Shown here piece by piece: positions 1 through 10,858 of a stretch of 64,000 nucleotides of DNA (the stretch's first letter is position 1; every line of letters begins with the position of its first letter). Under the pieces are notes generated by a model, which had not been told where the DNA came from, ran no database searches, and was given only the letters and a program-made list of their open reading frames with translations. The translations under genes and the position numbers were made by a program. The stretch spans positions 288,001 to 352,000 of the forward strand of contig CBDEFO010000003.1 of assembly GCA_965237525.1 (NCBI GenBank). Reading direction: 5' to 3'. The stretch is from Candidatus Latescibacterota bacterium. GTDB taxonomy: Bacteria; Latescibacterota; CBDEFO01.

Positions 1-1148
1 CGATAGTTGAGGATCTCTTGATCGGTGAAATAGATGCCGAATAACGGCCCGATTCCGACCACACAAGTTGTAATACCGACCCGGTCGGCGGCTTCTTTTA
101 ATCCTCTTCGGATTCGGTCTCCCAGTGTATTAAGGTGAACGTACATCTCATCTGTCAGGAGCCGCAGAGTGGCAAGGCCTGCGGTGGTCGACATCGGGTT
201 GCCCGCAAATGTGCCGCTTTGAAAGAAACCCTTACCGGTCCTTGCGTCCAGAACGTCCATGAGTTCAGCTCGTCCGCCGAGCGCGCCGCCGGGGAATCCG
301 CCTGCGATAATCTTCCCAAAGAGTGTGAGGTCAGGTTCAAAACCGTAGAGTTCCTGGACACCTCCGGGGGCAACAGAGAAGCTGACGACTTCGTCAAAGA
401 TAAGGTAGAGGCCGTACTTGTGGGTGACGTCCCGAAGAAAGCGCGAAAATTCAGGACCTACTGACATAACGCCTGCCCGGACATCAAAAAGGACGCCCGC
501 CAATTCATCCCGGTGTTCCGCCAATATGCGATCTGCAGACTCAGGGTCATTCAGGGGCAGGACAACAGTATCCTCAGCCACGTGGCAGGAAACTCCTTTG
601 ACTGTCACGACAGGTTCAGGTGAATCGGCCGGACCTGCCAGATCGATCGGCGGAGCTACGCTGACCTCAACGGCGTCGTGGCTGCCGTGAAAGGCCCCCT
701 CAAATTTGGCGATTTTCTCCTTTCCGGTCAGACCACGCACCAACCTTACTGCGTGGAGGCTTGCTTCCGTGCCTGAGTTAGTAAACCGGACCCGCTCGAC
801 GGATGGGACCCGCCGGCATAGCTCCTCGGCAAGTTCGGCCTCTACACCGACTTGGTGGCCAAGGGCAAAGCCCCTGCCAATCTGGCTTTGGACAGCTTCA
901 ACGACTTTGGAATGGCGATAACCCGCTATAGCCGCCGTATGGTGATTAGCTACATCCAAGTAACGATGGCCGTCAACGTCATAAAGATAACATCCCTCGC
1001 CACGCTCCATATAGAGCGGAAAGGGGAAGGTATCATAAGCCCCTTTGGCGACGCCTCCCGGCATAGAGGACAGACCTTTTTCGTAAAGGGCCAAAGACCC
1101 GGGGTTGTTCTTGAGATATCGAGATTCCAAGGTTTCGATAGATTCCAC
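1..1148 (-). CDS. Class III PLP-dependent aminotransferase (glutamate-1-semialdehyde aminomutase-like); 3' end runs off the window
   Basis: Manual minus-strand translation from GTG at 1148, preceded by GGAG, gives MESIETLESRYLKNNPGSLALYEKGLSSMPGGVAKG...ERGEGCYLYDVDGHRYLD, the typical aminotran_3 N-terminus. It is absent from the ORF track because there is no stop inside the window. Confidence 0.85.
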   Translation of the reverse strand, partial: MESIETLESRYLKNNPGSLALYEKGLSSMPGGVAKGAYDTFPFPLYMERGEGCYLYDVDGHRYLDVANHHTAAIAGYRHSKVVEAVQSQIGRGFALGHQVGVEAELAEELCRRVPSVERVRFTNSGTEASLHAVRLVRGLTGKEKIAKFEGAFHGSHDAVEVSVAPPIDLAGPADSPEPVVTVKGVSCHVAEDTVVLPLNDPESADRILAEHRDELAGVLFDVRAGVMSVGPEFSRFLRDVTHKYGLYLIFDEVVSFSVAPGGVQELYGFEPDLTLFGKIIAGGFPGGALGGRAELMDVLDARTGKGFFQSGTFAGNPMSTTAGLATLRLLTDEMYVHLNTLGDRIRRGLKEAADRVGITTCVVGIGPLFGIYFTDQEILNY

Positions 1149-1249
1149 GTTTAATTCTCCTTTGCAGGCTGTGCCGGACGCGGCTGGACATGCCTCGTTC
1201 TAAAATAACCTGCTAAAGATGGAAAATCAAGTCAAATCGTTGTTTTGGT

Positions 1250-1270
1250 CCCCGATAGATTTAATCGGGG
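1250..1270. repeat. 21-bp micro-hairpin CCCCGATAGATTTAATCGGGG (copy 1 of 5)
   Basis: Near-identical copies at 2613, 28675 (reverse orientation), 38838 and 40730. Confidence 0.85.
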
Positions 1271-1369
1271 AAAAGAAAATCCTTGCTTTGTGTCTCGATC
1301 TGCATTATCATATTTGAATCTGCTACGTTCCTTGCCATATTAGGCTACTTTCAATCAGAGAAAATTCAA

Positions 1370-2386
1370 ATGAAAGTCCCCCTTTTTCCCGGCAAACTGC
1401 CGCCCGGTCTTCTTAAACGCCTGATAGAGACGTACACAACCTCAGACGAAAGAGTAGTAATAGGCTCAAAGTTAGGAGAAGACGCCGCAGTCATAGACTT
1501 CCATGATACCTATCTTGTTGCGAAGACAGATCCCATCACTTTTGCGACCGACCAGGCAGGCTGGTACGCTGTCAACGTCAACGCCAACGATATAGCCGCA
1601 ATGGGTGCAAGACCCCAATGGTTTCTGGCAACAGCTCTCCTTCCTGAAAGAGACGCTACGCCGCAACTTGCCGAAGAGATCTTCAGGCAGATCAGTCAGG
1701 CTTCCTCATCTTTAGGCATAGCCTTCTGCGGAGGACATACGGAGATAACTTACGGCGTCGACAGACCCATACTCATAGGCTGCATGCTCGGCGAAGTTCC
1801 GAAAGAAGGGCTCGTCAGATCGTCTGGCTTGATCCCCGGAGATAGGATCATCCTGACGAAGGGACTCGCCATAGAAGCCACATCCATCATTGCAAGAGAA
1901 AAAGAGGAGCAGCTCAAAGAAAAGTGGGGGAAGGAATTCGTCCAAAGTTGTAAGGACTACCTCTACAACCCCGGTATAAGTGTAGTCAAAGACTCAGAGA
2001 TAGCCTGCGCCACAGCCCGAATAAAGGCCATGCACGATCCGACCGAAGGGGGAGTAGCCACAGGATTGTGGGAACTTGCCCAGGCATCACAGATTGGAAT
2101 GGAAATATATGGTGAAAGGCTCTATATTTCAGAAGAATCCAAAGCCCTCTGCGAGGAATTCGACATCGTCCCTCTAGGGGCTATCTCCTCGGGCGCCCTC
2201 CTGATAGGTGTCAATCGGACTGATGTTCAACCTGTACTTCAAGCCCTTCGGAGAGCCGAGATCGAATCTGAAGAGATAGGACAAGCTAAAGACAAAGACT
2301 TCGGATTAAGGCTGAACACAAAAGGAAAGCTTTCCGAGCTTCCCCGCTTCGACAGAGACGAAATAACGAAGCTCTTTGAGGGCTGA
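1370..2386 (+). CDS. AIR synthase-related (PurM/HypE-like) protein
   Basis: Motifs GEDAAVI, KTDPITF, NANDIAAMGA, GGHTE, MHDPTEGG. ATG 1370 (MKVPLFPGKLPP) is preferred over TTG 1283. Confidence 0.85.
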   Translation: MKVPLFPGKLPPGLLKRLIETYTTSDERVVIGSKLGEDAAVIDFHDTYLVAKTDPITFATDQAGWYAVNVNANDIAAMGARPQWFLATALLPERDATPQLAEEIFRQISQASSSLGIAFCGGHTEITYGVDRPILIGCMLGEVPKEGLVRSSGLIPGDRIILTKGLAIEATSIIAREKEEQLKEKWGKEFVQSCKDYLYNPGISVVKDSEIACATARIKAMHDPTEGGVATGLWELAQASQIGMEIYGERLYISEESKALCEEFDIVPLGAISSGALLIGVNRTDVQPVLQALRRAEIESEEIGQAKDKDFGLRLNTKGKLSELPRFDRDEITKLFEG

Positions 2387-2519
2387 TTTTATTATATTTG
2401 ATTCTCCTTTGCAGCCCGGTAACAATTTTGCATCTTTTTAGATGTCATACTTAAGGGTTTGGAATACAAGAGGTCATGCATAGATTTAAGGATCGGATCC
2501 AAATAGTCTGGACAAGATT

Positions 2520-2554
2520 ATGGATATCTCAAATGGACATCTAAAATGGACATC
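2520..2554. repeat. Three 9-bp direct repeats ATGGA(T/C)ATC at 13-bp period
   Basis: ATGGATATC at 2520, ATGGACATC at 2533 and ATGGACATC at 2546, in an intergenic region. Confidence 0.6.
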
Positions 2555-2593
2555 CAAAATAGTAGACAGCACAGAGGGAGGGGGCGGTCTAAA

Positions 2594-2710
2594 GAGATTG
2601 CTTCCCCCCGACCCCCGATAGAGTCAATCGGGGGTTCAATCGGGGGTGCTTGCAACGACAGCGCTGCCTTTCGGCTTAGTCATTGCGAGGGGTGAAGCCC
2701 TGAAGGAATC
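2594..2710. repeat. RPE/REP-like palindromic arms (GAGATTGCTTC...GCAACGACA and GTCATTGCGAG...GAATC) carrying a nested double micro-hairpin at 2604-2646
   Basis: The same arm motifs occur at 38742-38882 and 63429-63549. An inner CCCCCGATAGAGTCAATCGGGGG (2612-2634) lies within an outer CCCCCCGA...TTCAATCGGGGG. Confidence 0.7.
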
Positions 2711-2770
2711 ACAAGAGATGGACAGGGCTATCCTATTTTCTGTCTTCTACTTACTGTCGAGTTATTCAGT

Positions 2771-3619
2771 ATGGGCATTACGGTATCCTATAAATCTCTG
2801 AAAGAATCGCCCGTCCCCGATGCATTTTGGGCGCAGATCGGGCTGGCAGGTCCTGACGGGTCGGTGGATCGAGCTAAGATCAAGAAGTATCACGAAGTTG
2901 TGGGATTCAGCCGGTATATTGTAGAAGCTGTCGAGACGTTTCCCGAAGATCAGGAGATCACCATTTTAGACTGCGGCTGTGGGAAGTCGTATCTGTCGTT
3001 TGTGGTAAACGATCTGTTGACGCGCCAGATGGGTAGGTCTGCCTACTTCATCGGCGTGGACACCAACGACGCGGTCATCCAGATGTGCGAACAGGCTCGA
3101 GAGGCACTTGGGTTTGATAATATGGTCTTCCACGTCGCCCGGGCGCTCGATTTTGAGCCGGACAGAAGTGTGGATGTTTTGATCGCTCTCCACGCCTGCA
3201 ACACGGCCACAGACGAGGCCATCGCAAAGGGGATATCCCTGCGGGCCAGGTACATAATGACAATACCGTGCTGCCAGAATCAAGTCCGGGGACAACTCAA
3301 GGATAAGCATCCGCTGGCTGACCTGACCCAGTTCGGCCTGCTGAAGTACGCCTTTGCCAGCACGCTCACCGATGGTCTTAGGTCTTTGATCCTCAAGGGA
3401 GTCGGGTATGAGGTCAAGCACTTTGAAGTGGTTCCTCCCAAGTGCACACCTAAGAATGTTCTGATCCAAGCCCGAAAGATTAAGCGCAAGCGGGAGCCGA
3501 ATCTGTCTGAGTACGTGCGGGCAAGTCATCAGTTCGGTGTGCGGATTGCCCTGGAGAATATGCTGCCTGAGGAGTTGAGGGAAGTGCTGGCAGTGACAGA
3601 TATAGGATACAGTGTGTAG
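2771..3619 (+). CDS. SAM-dependent methyltransferase (Methyltransf_32-like)
   Basis: ILDCGCGKSYL motif I, ALHACNTATD, PCCQ and TPKNVLI motifs. Confidence 0.85.
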   Translation: MGITVSYKSLKESPVPDAFWAQIGLAGPDGSVDRAKIKKYHEVVGFSRYIVEAVETFPEDQEITILDCGCGKSYLSFVVNDLLTRQMGRSAYFIGVDTNDAVIQMCEQAREALGFDNMVFHVARALDFEPDRSVDVLIALHACNTATDEAIAKGISLRARYIMTIPCCQNQVRGQLKDKHPLADLTQFGLLKYAFASTLTDGLRSLILKGVGYEVKHFEVVPPKCTPKNVLIQARKIKRKREPNLSEYVRASHQFGVRIALENMLPEELREVLAVTDIGYSV

Positions 3620-3682
3620 GAGCGATTCACACTGCATGCACTGCGACAGAGACGGAAGCGATCTTTTGCTAATTGATTCTCC

Positions 3683-3711
3683 TTGACAGCCCTGCAACGA
3701 ATTAGTATCTT
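3683..3711 (+). promoter_or_regulatory. Sigma70-type promoter TTGACA-N17-TATCTT upstream of the ATPase gene
   Basis: Perfect -35, 17-bp spacer, and a TATCTT -10 identical to those at 27660 and 40617. Confidence 0.65.
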
Positions 3712-3771
3712 TTAATCAAGTGCGGGGCTATTGTTTTGAGAGTCAAAGAAATATGGATGAGGTTATAAAAA

Positions 3772-5049
3772 GTGATCAAAAGGGTCAAAGCACGCGGATA
3801 CAAGTCCCTCAAGGACATAGACATTAAGCTTAATCGCCTGACGGTTGTTGTCGGTGCCAACGCTTCGGGCAAGAGCAACCTCTTTGACTTATTGAATCTC
3901 GTCAGCCGTATGGCGACTAAAAGCACCCTGCCAGAGGCCTTTGACGAGCACAGAGGCGACCCCATAGAGGCTTTTCATTTGTCATCGGATGTAAAAGAAT
4001 TAATACGAGGAGGTACTGCTGAATTTGATGTTGAAATTGACGTGGAGCTGTCAGATTCAGTCGTTAGGTCTGCCGAAGCAAACATAAAGAAGATGAGAGA
4101 GGGAGTCTCTGCTAGGGGAAACCCCAAGAAGCTAGTGATCGAAAGACAACTTCGTTATAACTTGACTGTTGAAATCCAGACCGATTCTGGAAATCTGCGT
4201 GTCAAAGATGAGAAGCTCTGCGCATTACGAAAAGATGGCAAGGAGACAAAGTCCAGAAGGGCGTTCATTGAAAGAGTTGGCAATAAGATACATATCAGAA
4301 TGGAAGGTCAGGCGGCGCGTCCATTCCAATTCGACATCGGCCTGGATCGCACTATCGTCTCAACACCTCTATATGCACCTCATTATCCGCATATTACTGC
4401 TTTTAAACAGGAACTGTCCCGATGGTGTTTCTACTATCTTGAGCCGGACATAATGCGGAAAGAGAACGCACTGAAAAATGCCCCCAATCTCGGCCTTCTC
4501 GGATCAGACCTCGCGGCGTTCTATAACACACTTAAACGCCGCGATCTCAAAAGGTTTGAGGCGAACAATAGGGCGTTGAAGCTCTTGCTGCCCGCAGTGG
4601 AAAAGATAGATATTCAGACGACAGAGACGGGTCAACTTCTTCTCATAGCACACGAGAACGGCGCAAGATTCACTAGCAGAGTCGTCTCTGACGGAACGCT
4701 GAGGATATTAGCTCTACTTGCTATCACTAATCCCTTAGAACCGAGCACTGTCGTAGGGTATGAAGAACCCGAAAACGGGGTACATCCGAGACGTTTGAAG
4801 CTTATCGCCGATCTATTTCGCGAAGCGGCGGAGCAAGGAGAGACTCAATACATTATCAATACTCATTCGGCTATTTTGCCTGATTACTTTGATGAGTCAC
4901 AGATTGTTGTGTGCAAAAAAGAAAATTATGCTACATCTTTCAAGCCTTTCAAAACGCTTGCTCTTTGGCAACATAGTGATATAGAAAAAGCTTTGGATGA
5001 CGCGTCTGTTTTTTCAGAAGGGTTTGTAAGAGGATATTATGGTGGATGA
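3772..5049 (+). CDS. ABC-type (AAA_15/AAA_21-like) ATPase, putative defence component
   Basis: Walker A GANASGKS, signature SDGT, Walker B YEEPENGVHP and H-loop INTHS. Confidence 0.85.
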   Translation: MIKRVKARGYKSLKDIDIKLNRLTVVVGANASGKSNLFDLLNLVSRMATKSTLPEAFDEHRGDPIEAFHLSSDVKELIRGGTAEFDVEIDVELSDSVVRSAEANIKKMREGVSARGNPKKLVIERQLRYNLTVEIQTDSGNLRVKDEKLCALRKDGKETKSRRAFIERVGNKIHIRMEGQAARPFQFDIGLDRTIVSTPLYAPHYPHITAFKQELSRWCFYYLEPDIMRKENALKNAPNLGLLGSDLAAFYNTLKRRDLKRFEANNRALKLLLPAVEKIDIQTTETGQLLLIAHENGARFTSRVVSDGTLRILALLAITNPLEPSTVVGYEEPENGVHPRRLKLIADLFREAAEQGETQYIINTHSAILPDYFDESQIVVCKKENYATSFKPFKTLALWQHSDIEKALDDASVFSEGFVRGYYGG

Positions 5050-5671
5050 GATACGGATCTTCCACTTCCTCGAAGATATTGCCCAGGAGTATTTTGTTAA
5101 ATCTATTGTCACAAAGGTAGCCAAGGAGGTCTCGGAGGAAATATATCTCACACACGATATCAGAAATGCCTCTGGAGGCAAAGGGAGAGTTGAGCAAGAA
5201 CTTCGTGGATTTCTCAAGGATCTGGGGAGACGTTTAGACCCGTCAGGAGATGTTTTGATAGTAGCTATCGATGGAAATTGTAAAGGTCGTACGAAGAAGA
5301 AGAAAGAATTAGAAGAAGATATTTTTAAAGGACGGGAAATTGCTCCTCTTGTTGTCTGCGCGATACCTGAGTCGCACATCGAAAGGTGGTATCTTCTGGA
5401 TGAACAGGCTCTCAGTGAAGCTTTAGGATTCACAGAAATACTTAGCATAGAACCTAAATGTGAACGCAGCTATTATAAGAACAAACTAAAAAAAGCTGTG
5501 ATAGAGGGTCGCGGATCTGCACCTCTGGGAGGCGCTGAATGCGCGGAGGACATAGTCGCATGCCTGAATCTTCATAGAGCGTGCCGGAAGGATAATTCCT
5601 TCAAGCACTTTGTGGACGATCTTAAAGCTCAGTTAAGACAAGCCGCAAGGATCAAGAAAGGCACAGAATGA
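5039..5671 (+). CDS. DUF4276/RloB-like (TOPRIM-like) partner protein
   Basis: Overlaps the ATPase stop. N-terminal FLED, central AIDGN and IERWYLLD motifs match the partners usually coupled to such ATPases. Confidence 0.6.
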   Translation: MVDEIRIFHFLEDIAQEYFVKSIVTKVAKEVSEEIYLTHDIRNASGGKGRVEQELRGFLKDLGRRLDPSGDVLIVAIDGNCKGRTKKKKELEEDIFKGREIAPLVVCAIPESHIERWYLLDEQALSEALGFTEILSIEPKCERSYYKNKLKKAVIEGRGSAPLGGAECAEDIVACLNLHRACRKDNSFKHFVDDLKAQLRQAARIKKGTE

Positions 5672-6246
5672 CCCTCAAAGTTGTAATCTTCGACATGGAC
5701 GGGACTATAACAAAACCTTACATAGACTGGAAGTCCCTCAGAGCAGAAATAGGCGTCCCCAAGAATGAAATAATTATTGACTACATCGAATCGCTGCCTT
5801 TCCAAGAAAGAAAAAGGGCTAATCGAATCCTTGAAATGCGAGAAGGGGAAGCCGCCCAAAACTCTGAGATCAACGAAGGAGCTGAAGAACTCCTTCAATT
5901 CCTTAAAGAAAAAGGTATCAAGACGGCCCTGGTCACGAATAACAACAGGTGGGCGATGGGACACATCCTTGAAAGACACGATCTTAAATTTGACATCCTC
6001 TTAAGCAGGGAAGATGGATCGGTAAAGCCGTCGGAAGAGTTGATATTAAGAGCCCTCGACTGCACAGGAGCAGAAAAAGATCAAGCCATCGCAGTGGGAG
6101 ATGGACGATTTGATTTAGAAGCGAGCAAGAAAGCAGGAGTCAGATGCATTTACCTATCCAACTCTACCCCTGCGCTAGAACATAACTTCACAGCGCATAC
6201 CTTACACGACGTAGTGGAAATAATAGACAAACTCACAGAGGCGTAA
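5668..6246 (+). CDS. HAD-superfamily hydrolase
   Basis: FDMDGT motif I, VTNN, KP and VGDGRFD motifs. Confidence 0.9.
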   Translation: MTLKVVIFDMDGTITKPYIDWKSLRAEIGVPKNEIIIDYIESLPFQERKRANRILEMREGEAAQNSEINEGAEELLQFLKEKGIKTALVTNNNRWAMGHILERHDLKFDILLSREDGSVKPSEELILRALDCTGAEKDQAIAVGDGRFDLEASKKAGVRCIYLSNSTPALEHNFTAHTLHDVVEIIDKLTEA

Positions 6247-6456
6247 ACTAAGAAGTGAGGCGATCACTGTGCGAAAGCTTGCGCTTTTTGTCACAATTGC
6301 AGGACTTTCAGCGACGGGAGCCGCTTTCTTCCTGGGAAAGAGGAGGAGGGTCTGCCCTGAGTGCAAAAGACGAGTGCAGGGTAATTGGAAATATTGTCCC
6401 TACGACGGCGCGAAGACTGAAGCCAAATACGAATGGGATTAAGTGGGAGAATTGGC

Positions 6457-6894
6457 GTGCCAAAGATACTGGTCATACATGGTCCAAACCTCAATTTACT
6501 CGGCACAAGAGAGCCCGAAATATACGGTTTAAAGACTTTACAGGATATAAACATAGCTGTAGAGGACTTATCTTGTGAATTAAACGCAGATGTGCAAATA
6601 TTCCAGTCTAACCACGAAGGCGAAATCGTAGACCAGATCCAAAAGGCAGGGGAGTGGGCGGACGGCATCCTCATCAACCCCGGAGCATTTACACACTACA
6701 GTATCGCAATAAGAGACGCCCTTTCCGCGGTAAATCTTCCTGCAGTAGAGGTCCATCTGTCAAACCTACACGCAAGGGAAGATTTCAGAAAGAATTCTGT
6801 CATAGCTTCCGTATGCACCGGACAAATATCCGGATTTGAGGCAAACAGCTATCTTTTGGGACTCAGAGCCTTGGTAGATAAACTGAAAGAATAG
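6457..6894 (+). CDS. aroQ: Type II 3-dehydroquinate dehydratase
   Basis: [32 protein letters not shown] and EVHLSN motifs. GTG start at 6457 follows GGGAG. Confidence 0.97.
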   Translation: MPKILVIHGPNLNLLGTREPEIYGLKTLQDINIAVEDLSCELNADVQIFQSNHEGEIVDQIQKAGEWADGILINPGAFTHYSIAIRDALSAVNLPAVEVHLSNLHAREDFRKNSVIASVCTGQISGFEANSYLLGLRALVDKLKE

Positions 6895-6909
6895 CTCTGG
6901 AACTTCGAT

Positions 6910-8013
6910 ATGGCCAGATCGTACACACATAAGATAAAACCCCAGGTGAGAGGGCTAACTCCCTATACTCTCAAGCAGTACGACTACGACGTGAAGCTCA
7001 ATCAGAACGAAAATCCATTCGACTTTCCGCAAGAGATCAAAGAAGAAGTCCTTCAATTTGCCCGGGAAAGATGCTGGTCGAGATATCCAGACTTCACACA
7101 GAAAGATATGGTACAAGCCCTCTCAAGGTACACAGGATGGCCGGAAGATGGAATCTTGGTCGGAAACGGTTCAAACGAACTGGTGCAGGCTACCCTCATA
7201 ACTTCTATAGACGCTCCAGACACGACCGTGCTCATACCTACTCCCACGTTCACGCTCTACAGGCTGCTCTGCAAAGCCTTGGGAGCCAATGTCCTTGAGG
7301 TCTATCTTACTGAGAACTACAGATTCGACATAGAAGCTATAAAAGATGCCACTGAGACAAATTTTCCCGATGTTATGATATTCTGCTCTCCCAACAATCC
7401 GACAGGATGTGTCCTGGAAAACAGCGACATTGAAGACCTTCTAAACCTCTCTGACGGCCTGATCGTAGTGGACGAAGCCTACTATGAATTCAGGGGCGAA
7501 ACCTGCTTTTGCCTTTTGAAGGACTATCCCAACCTGATAATCTTTAGAACCTTCTCAAAAGCCCTTAGTCTTGCTGGACTCAGAATCGGATATCTTATGG
7601 CACATCCTGAGCTTGTAGAGCAAATATCTAAAGTCAAACTCCCGTACAACCTCAATTTTTTCTCACAGATGGCGGCGATGAAAGCCCTCGAAAACAGAGA
7701 TCTGCTGCAAAAGAACATAGAGTATCTTATCGGACAAAGGGACATCCTCTACAATGAACTCAAAGACATAGAGGGCGTGGTACCCTATCCCTCCTACGCC
7801 AACTTCATCCTCTTTGAGACACAATCTAATTCTAAAGATATATTCGAGGGACTCCTTCAGCAAGGCGTTCTAATTAGGGATGTCAGCGGTTATCCGATGC
7901 TTTCTCGTGCCCTAAGATTCAACATCGGCATCCAAGAGGAGAATACAAGATTCCTGGATGCCCTAAAAGAGACAGTGCGCTCGGCACTTCGAAAAGGCAG
8001 TTTAAGCGTATGA
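6910..8013 (+). CDS. hisC: Histidinol-phosphate aminotransferase
   Basis: [28 protein letters not shown] and [16 protein letters not shown] motifs; adjacent to hisB. Confidence 0.93.
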   Translation: MARSYTHKIKPQVRGLTPYTLKQYDYDVKLNQNENPFDFPQEIKEEVLQFARERCWSRYPDFTQKDMVQALSRYTGWPEDGILVGNGSNELVQATLITSIDAPDTTVLIPTPTFTLYRLLCKALGANVLEVYLTENYRFDIEAIKDATETNFPDVMIFCSPNNPTGCVLENSDIEDLLNLSDGLIVVDEAYYEFRGETCFCLLKDYPNLIIFRTFSKALSLAGLRIGYLMAHPELVEQISKVKLPYNLNFFSQMAAMKALENRDLLQKNIEYLIGQRDILYNELKDIEGVVPYPSYANFILFETQSNSKDIFEGLLQQGVLIRDVSGYPMLSRALRFNIGIQEENTRFLDALKETVRSALRKGSLSV

Positions 8014-8606
8014 GCTCTAAAAGACAGAGTCGTATAGAAAGAGGGACTGCAGAGACACAGATAGAACTCGTACTCGACCTTGACGGAAGAGGGAAAGCCG
8101 ACATCGATACGGGAATCGGCTTTTTTGACCACATGCTCGAGCTTTTTGCAAAGCATGGGTTCTTCGACCTTACTGTCAAATGTAAGGGCGACCTTAGTGT
8201 AGACCCGCATCATACGGTCGAAGACACAGGGATATGTCTGGGGTCGGCTATCGCTCAGGCTTCAGGGGATAAATCTGGCATCGTAAGATACGGATGCAGC
8301 TACGTGCCTATGGACGAAGCCCTTGCAAGGGCCGTCGTAGATCTTTCAGGACGCTCCTCTTTCATCTTTAACGCTGAGATAACGGACCGAAAGATAGGCC
8401 AGTTCCCGACGGAACTCTTGCCTGACTTCTTCAAAGCCGCAGCCGACAACGCTAAGATGAACCTGCATATAGACCTGATTAGGGGAGAAAATAGCCATCA
8501 CTCGTCAGAGGCCATCTTTAAGGCCTTCGCCCGGGCCCTTGACCGGGCCTCGTCAATAAGCCAAAGAGTTCAGGGCGTCCTGTCTACCAAGGGGACTCTG
8601 CAGTGA
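8010..8606 (+). CDS. hisB: Imidazoleglycerol-phosphate dehydratase
   Basis: [37 protein letters not shown] and STKG motifs. Confidence 0.97.
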   Translation: MSSKRQSRIERGTAETQIELVLDLDGRGKADIDTGIGFFDHMLELFAKHGFFDLTVKCKGDLSVDPHHTVEDTGICLGSAIAQASGDKSGIVRYGCSYVPMDEALARAVVDLSGRSSFIFNAEITDRKIGQFPTELLPDFFKAAADNAKMNLHIDLIRGENSHHSSEAIFKAFARALDRASSISQRVQGVLSTKGTLQ

Positions 8607-9694
8607 GTACGGAGGTAAAATACGACTGCAGATACTTCAAAGGCGACGTCCCCTGCAAATTCAATAAATTAGACGGTTCCGTCTGCGAGTGCTGTGAGCA
8701 CTACGATAAGGTGGAGGGGAAGATACTCATTATAAAGCTCGGCAGGGCCGGAGACGTTATAAGGACCACCCCTCTTTTGAGAAGACTCAAACATGTCTAT
8801 CCAAAATCCCACATAACATGGCTCACATGCTTTCCAGAATTCGTTCCGGATATAGTGGACTGCGTATTTACGTTCGATCCTCAAAACATCCTGTATCTCC
8901 AGCAGGTGCACTTTGATATCCTTTACAACCTGGACAAGGATGTGGAAGGCTGCACCCTTGCTAACATAGTTTCCGCGGCCACAAAAAAAGGCTTCCACCT
9001 CAAAGACGGAAAATGCCATCCTATAGACAAAGACGCAGAGCACAAGTTCCTCACAGGCATATTCGATCAGGTGAGCAAAGCCAACACCAAAAGCTATCCT
9101 CAGGAAATTTTCGAGATATGCGGCTTTGAATTTAAAGGGGAGGAGTACATCCTCGAGAACTTCGCATCAGAGGGCTATAACTGGGGGATAGAGGAGCCGA
9201 AGCCCCTTGTAGGATTAAACACCGGCTGCGGCGGCACGTGGAGATCCAGACTCTGGGGCCAGGAAAAGTGGGTAGAGCTGGCACAGAGCCTCAAATCACA
9301 AGGCATAGGCGTCGTGCTACTGGGCGGAGAGGGGGAACACGAAAGGAATACATATATCTCAAAAGAAAGCAAAGCAAGCTATCTGGGATACTTCCCTATC
9401 AGGAAATTCGTCAACCTGATAGATCAATGTAACACCGTAGTGACAGCCGTCACCATGGCTACCCACATAGCTATAGGGCTTAGAAAAGGCACAGTCCTCT
9501 TAAACAACACGTTCAACCCCAGCGAATTTGAACTCTACGGATCGGGACAGATTGTAGAGCCTGACTTTGACTGTGACTGCTACTATTCTCCGATATGTCC
9601 CAACGACTGCATGCAGTACATCAGTCCCCAGAAGGTCTTTAACACATGTCTTGCAGTCCTCGAAAGCCAGGGGGAAAATCTGAATCTTTTATGA
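8603..9694 (+). CDS. Glycosyltransferase family 9 (heptosyltransferase-like) with Cys-rich termini
   Basis: [21 protein letters not shown]9 N-motif. Cys clusters at the N-terminus (CRYF...PC...CECCEH) and C-terminus (CDCY...CPNDCM). Confidence 0.85.
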   Translation: MSTEVKYDCRYFKGDVPCKFNKLDGSVCECCEHYDKVEGKILIIKLGRAGDVIRTTPLLRRLKHVYPKSHITWLTCFPEFVPDIVDCVFTFDPQNILYLQQVHFDILYNLDKDVEGCTLANIVSAATKKGFHLKDGKCHPIDKDAEHKFLTGIFDQVSKANTKSYPQEIFEICGFEFKGEEYILENFASEGYNWGIEEPKPLVGLNTGCGGTWRSRLWGQEKWVELAQSLKSQGIGVVLLGGEGEHERNTYISKESKASYLGYFPIRKFVNLIDQCNTVVTAVTMATHIAIGLRKGTVLLNNTFNPSEFELYGSGQIVEPDFDCDCYYSPICPNDCMQYISPQKVFNTCLAVLESQGENLNLL

Positions 9695-10851
9695 GAATCT
9701 ATTTCATAGCTCCTGCTTATCCTCTAAGAGGCGGCATAGCTCAATACACAGCTCTACTTTACAAGAAAATGCAAGAGAGAGGACACGAGGTCAAAATCAT
9801 CTCGTTCAAACGGCAGTACCCGGAGTTCCTCTTCCCCGGAAAGACACAGAAGGAGAGTGGAAAACAGATCATCCGTACCGATAGCGAGGCCATAATCGAC
9901 ACTCTCAATCCGCTGACCTGGCTTAAGGCTTTTGCAAAGATCAAAGCCGAGCGACCTGACCTGTTAATCTTCAAGTACTGGCTCCCTTTATTTGCTCCCT
10001 GCTATATCACCATCTCACTCTTGGTGCGCCTTTTTACAGAGTATAAAGTCCTTTACATCTGCGACAACATAATCCCTCACGAAAAGCGTCCGGGAGACAC
10101 TGTACTTACAAAGATAGCCCTGAGATACTCAGACTACTTCATCGTCCTATCGGACGCGGTCCAAGGTGATCTCCTCAGATTCCGTCCCGACGCGGTGTAT
10201 AGAAAAGTGCCGCATCCTGTCTATGATTTATTCCACACAAACTACGATAAAATTACAGCCAGACGAAAGCTCAAAATCCAGAAGGAGAGGGTCATACTCT
10301 TTTTCGGCTACATAAGAAAGTATAAGGGTCTGCATCTTATTTTACAGGCTCTGCCCTACGTCCTTAAACGCAAAGACATCACGCTCATCGTAGCCGGGGA
10401 GTTCTACGATTCGAAGGAGAGGTACACAGACCTTATTGAAGAGCTCAACATAGAGAGTCACGTGCAGATATTCGACGGCTTTATACCGGACGAAGAAGTG
10501 GGGATCTATTTTGCCGCTGCAGACGCAGTAGTGCTCCCCTACATATCCGCCACACAGAGCGGAATCGTTCAGATAGCCTACAACTTCGATAAACCGGTCA
10601 TAGCCACAGATGTTGGAGGTCTCTCAGAAGTCGTAGTCAACGAAAAGACAGGCTACATCGTCCGCCCCGAAGATCCTGAGGCTTTCGCAGATGCCATCGT
10701 CAAATTCTACTCCCAGAACAAAAATCAGGAATTCGTTTCGAACGTCAAAGTGGAAAAGGGCAAATATTCGTGGGATAGGATGGCAGAGGCTATAGAGAAC
10801 CTGTTAGCTACAGGGTCGAGCCGTTCCTCGAAGAGAGGAGAGTCCCGATAA
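9691..10851 (+). CDS. Glycosyltransferase family 4
   Basis: PAYPLRGGIA, LFFGYIRKYKGL, PYISATQSG and ATDVGGL motifs. ATG 9691 overlaps the upstream stop. Confidence 0.9.
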   Translation: MRIYFIAPAYPLRGGIAQYTALLYKKMQERGHEVKIISFKRQYPEFLFPGKTQKESGKQIIRTDSEAIIDTLNPLTWLKAFAKIKAERPDLLIFKYWLPLFAPCYITISLLVRLFTEYKVLYICDNIIPHEKRPGDTVLTKIALRYSDYFIVLSDAVQGDLLRFRPDAVYRKVPHPVYDLFHTNYDKITARRKLKIQKERVILFFGYIRKYKGLHLILQALPYVLKRKDITLIVAGEFYDSKERYTDLIEELNIESHVQIFDGFIPDEEVGIYFAAADAVVLPYISATQSGIVQIAYNFDKPVIATDVGGLSEVVVNEKTGYIVRPEDPEAFADAIVKFYSQNKNQEFVSNVKVEKGKYSWDRMAEAIENLLATGSSRSSKRGESR

Positions 10852-10858
10852 GAACAGT

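Noticed and set aside
135..1154. Plus-strand ORFs 135-464, 418-690, 706-921 and 852-1154
   Set aside because: They are antisense shadows of the minus-strand aminotransferase.
6457..9694. aroQ-hisC-hisB joined to glycosyltransferase genes as a novel pathway
   Set aside because: The enzymes have canonical motifs, and mixed housekeeping operons are common; nothing indicates a functional link.
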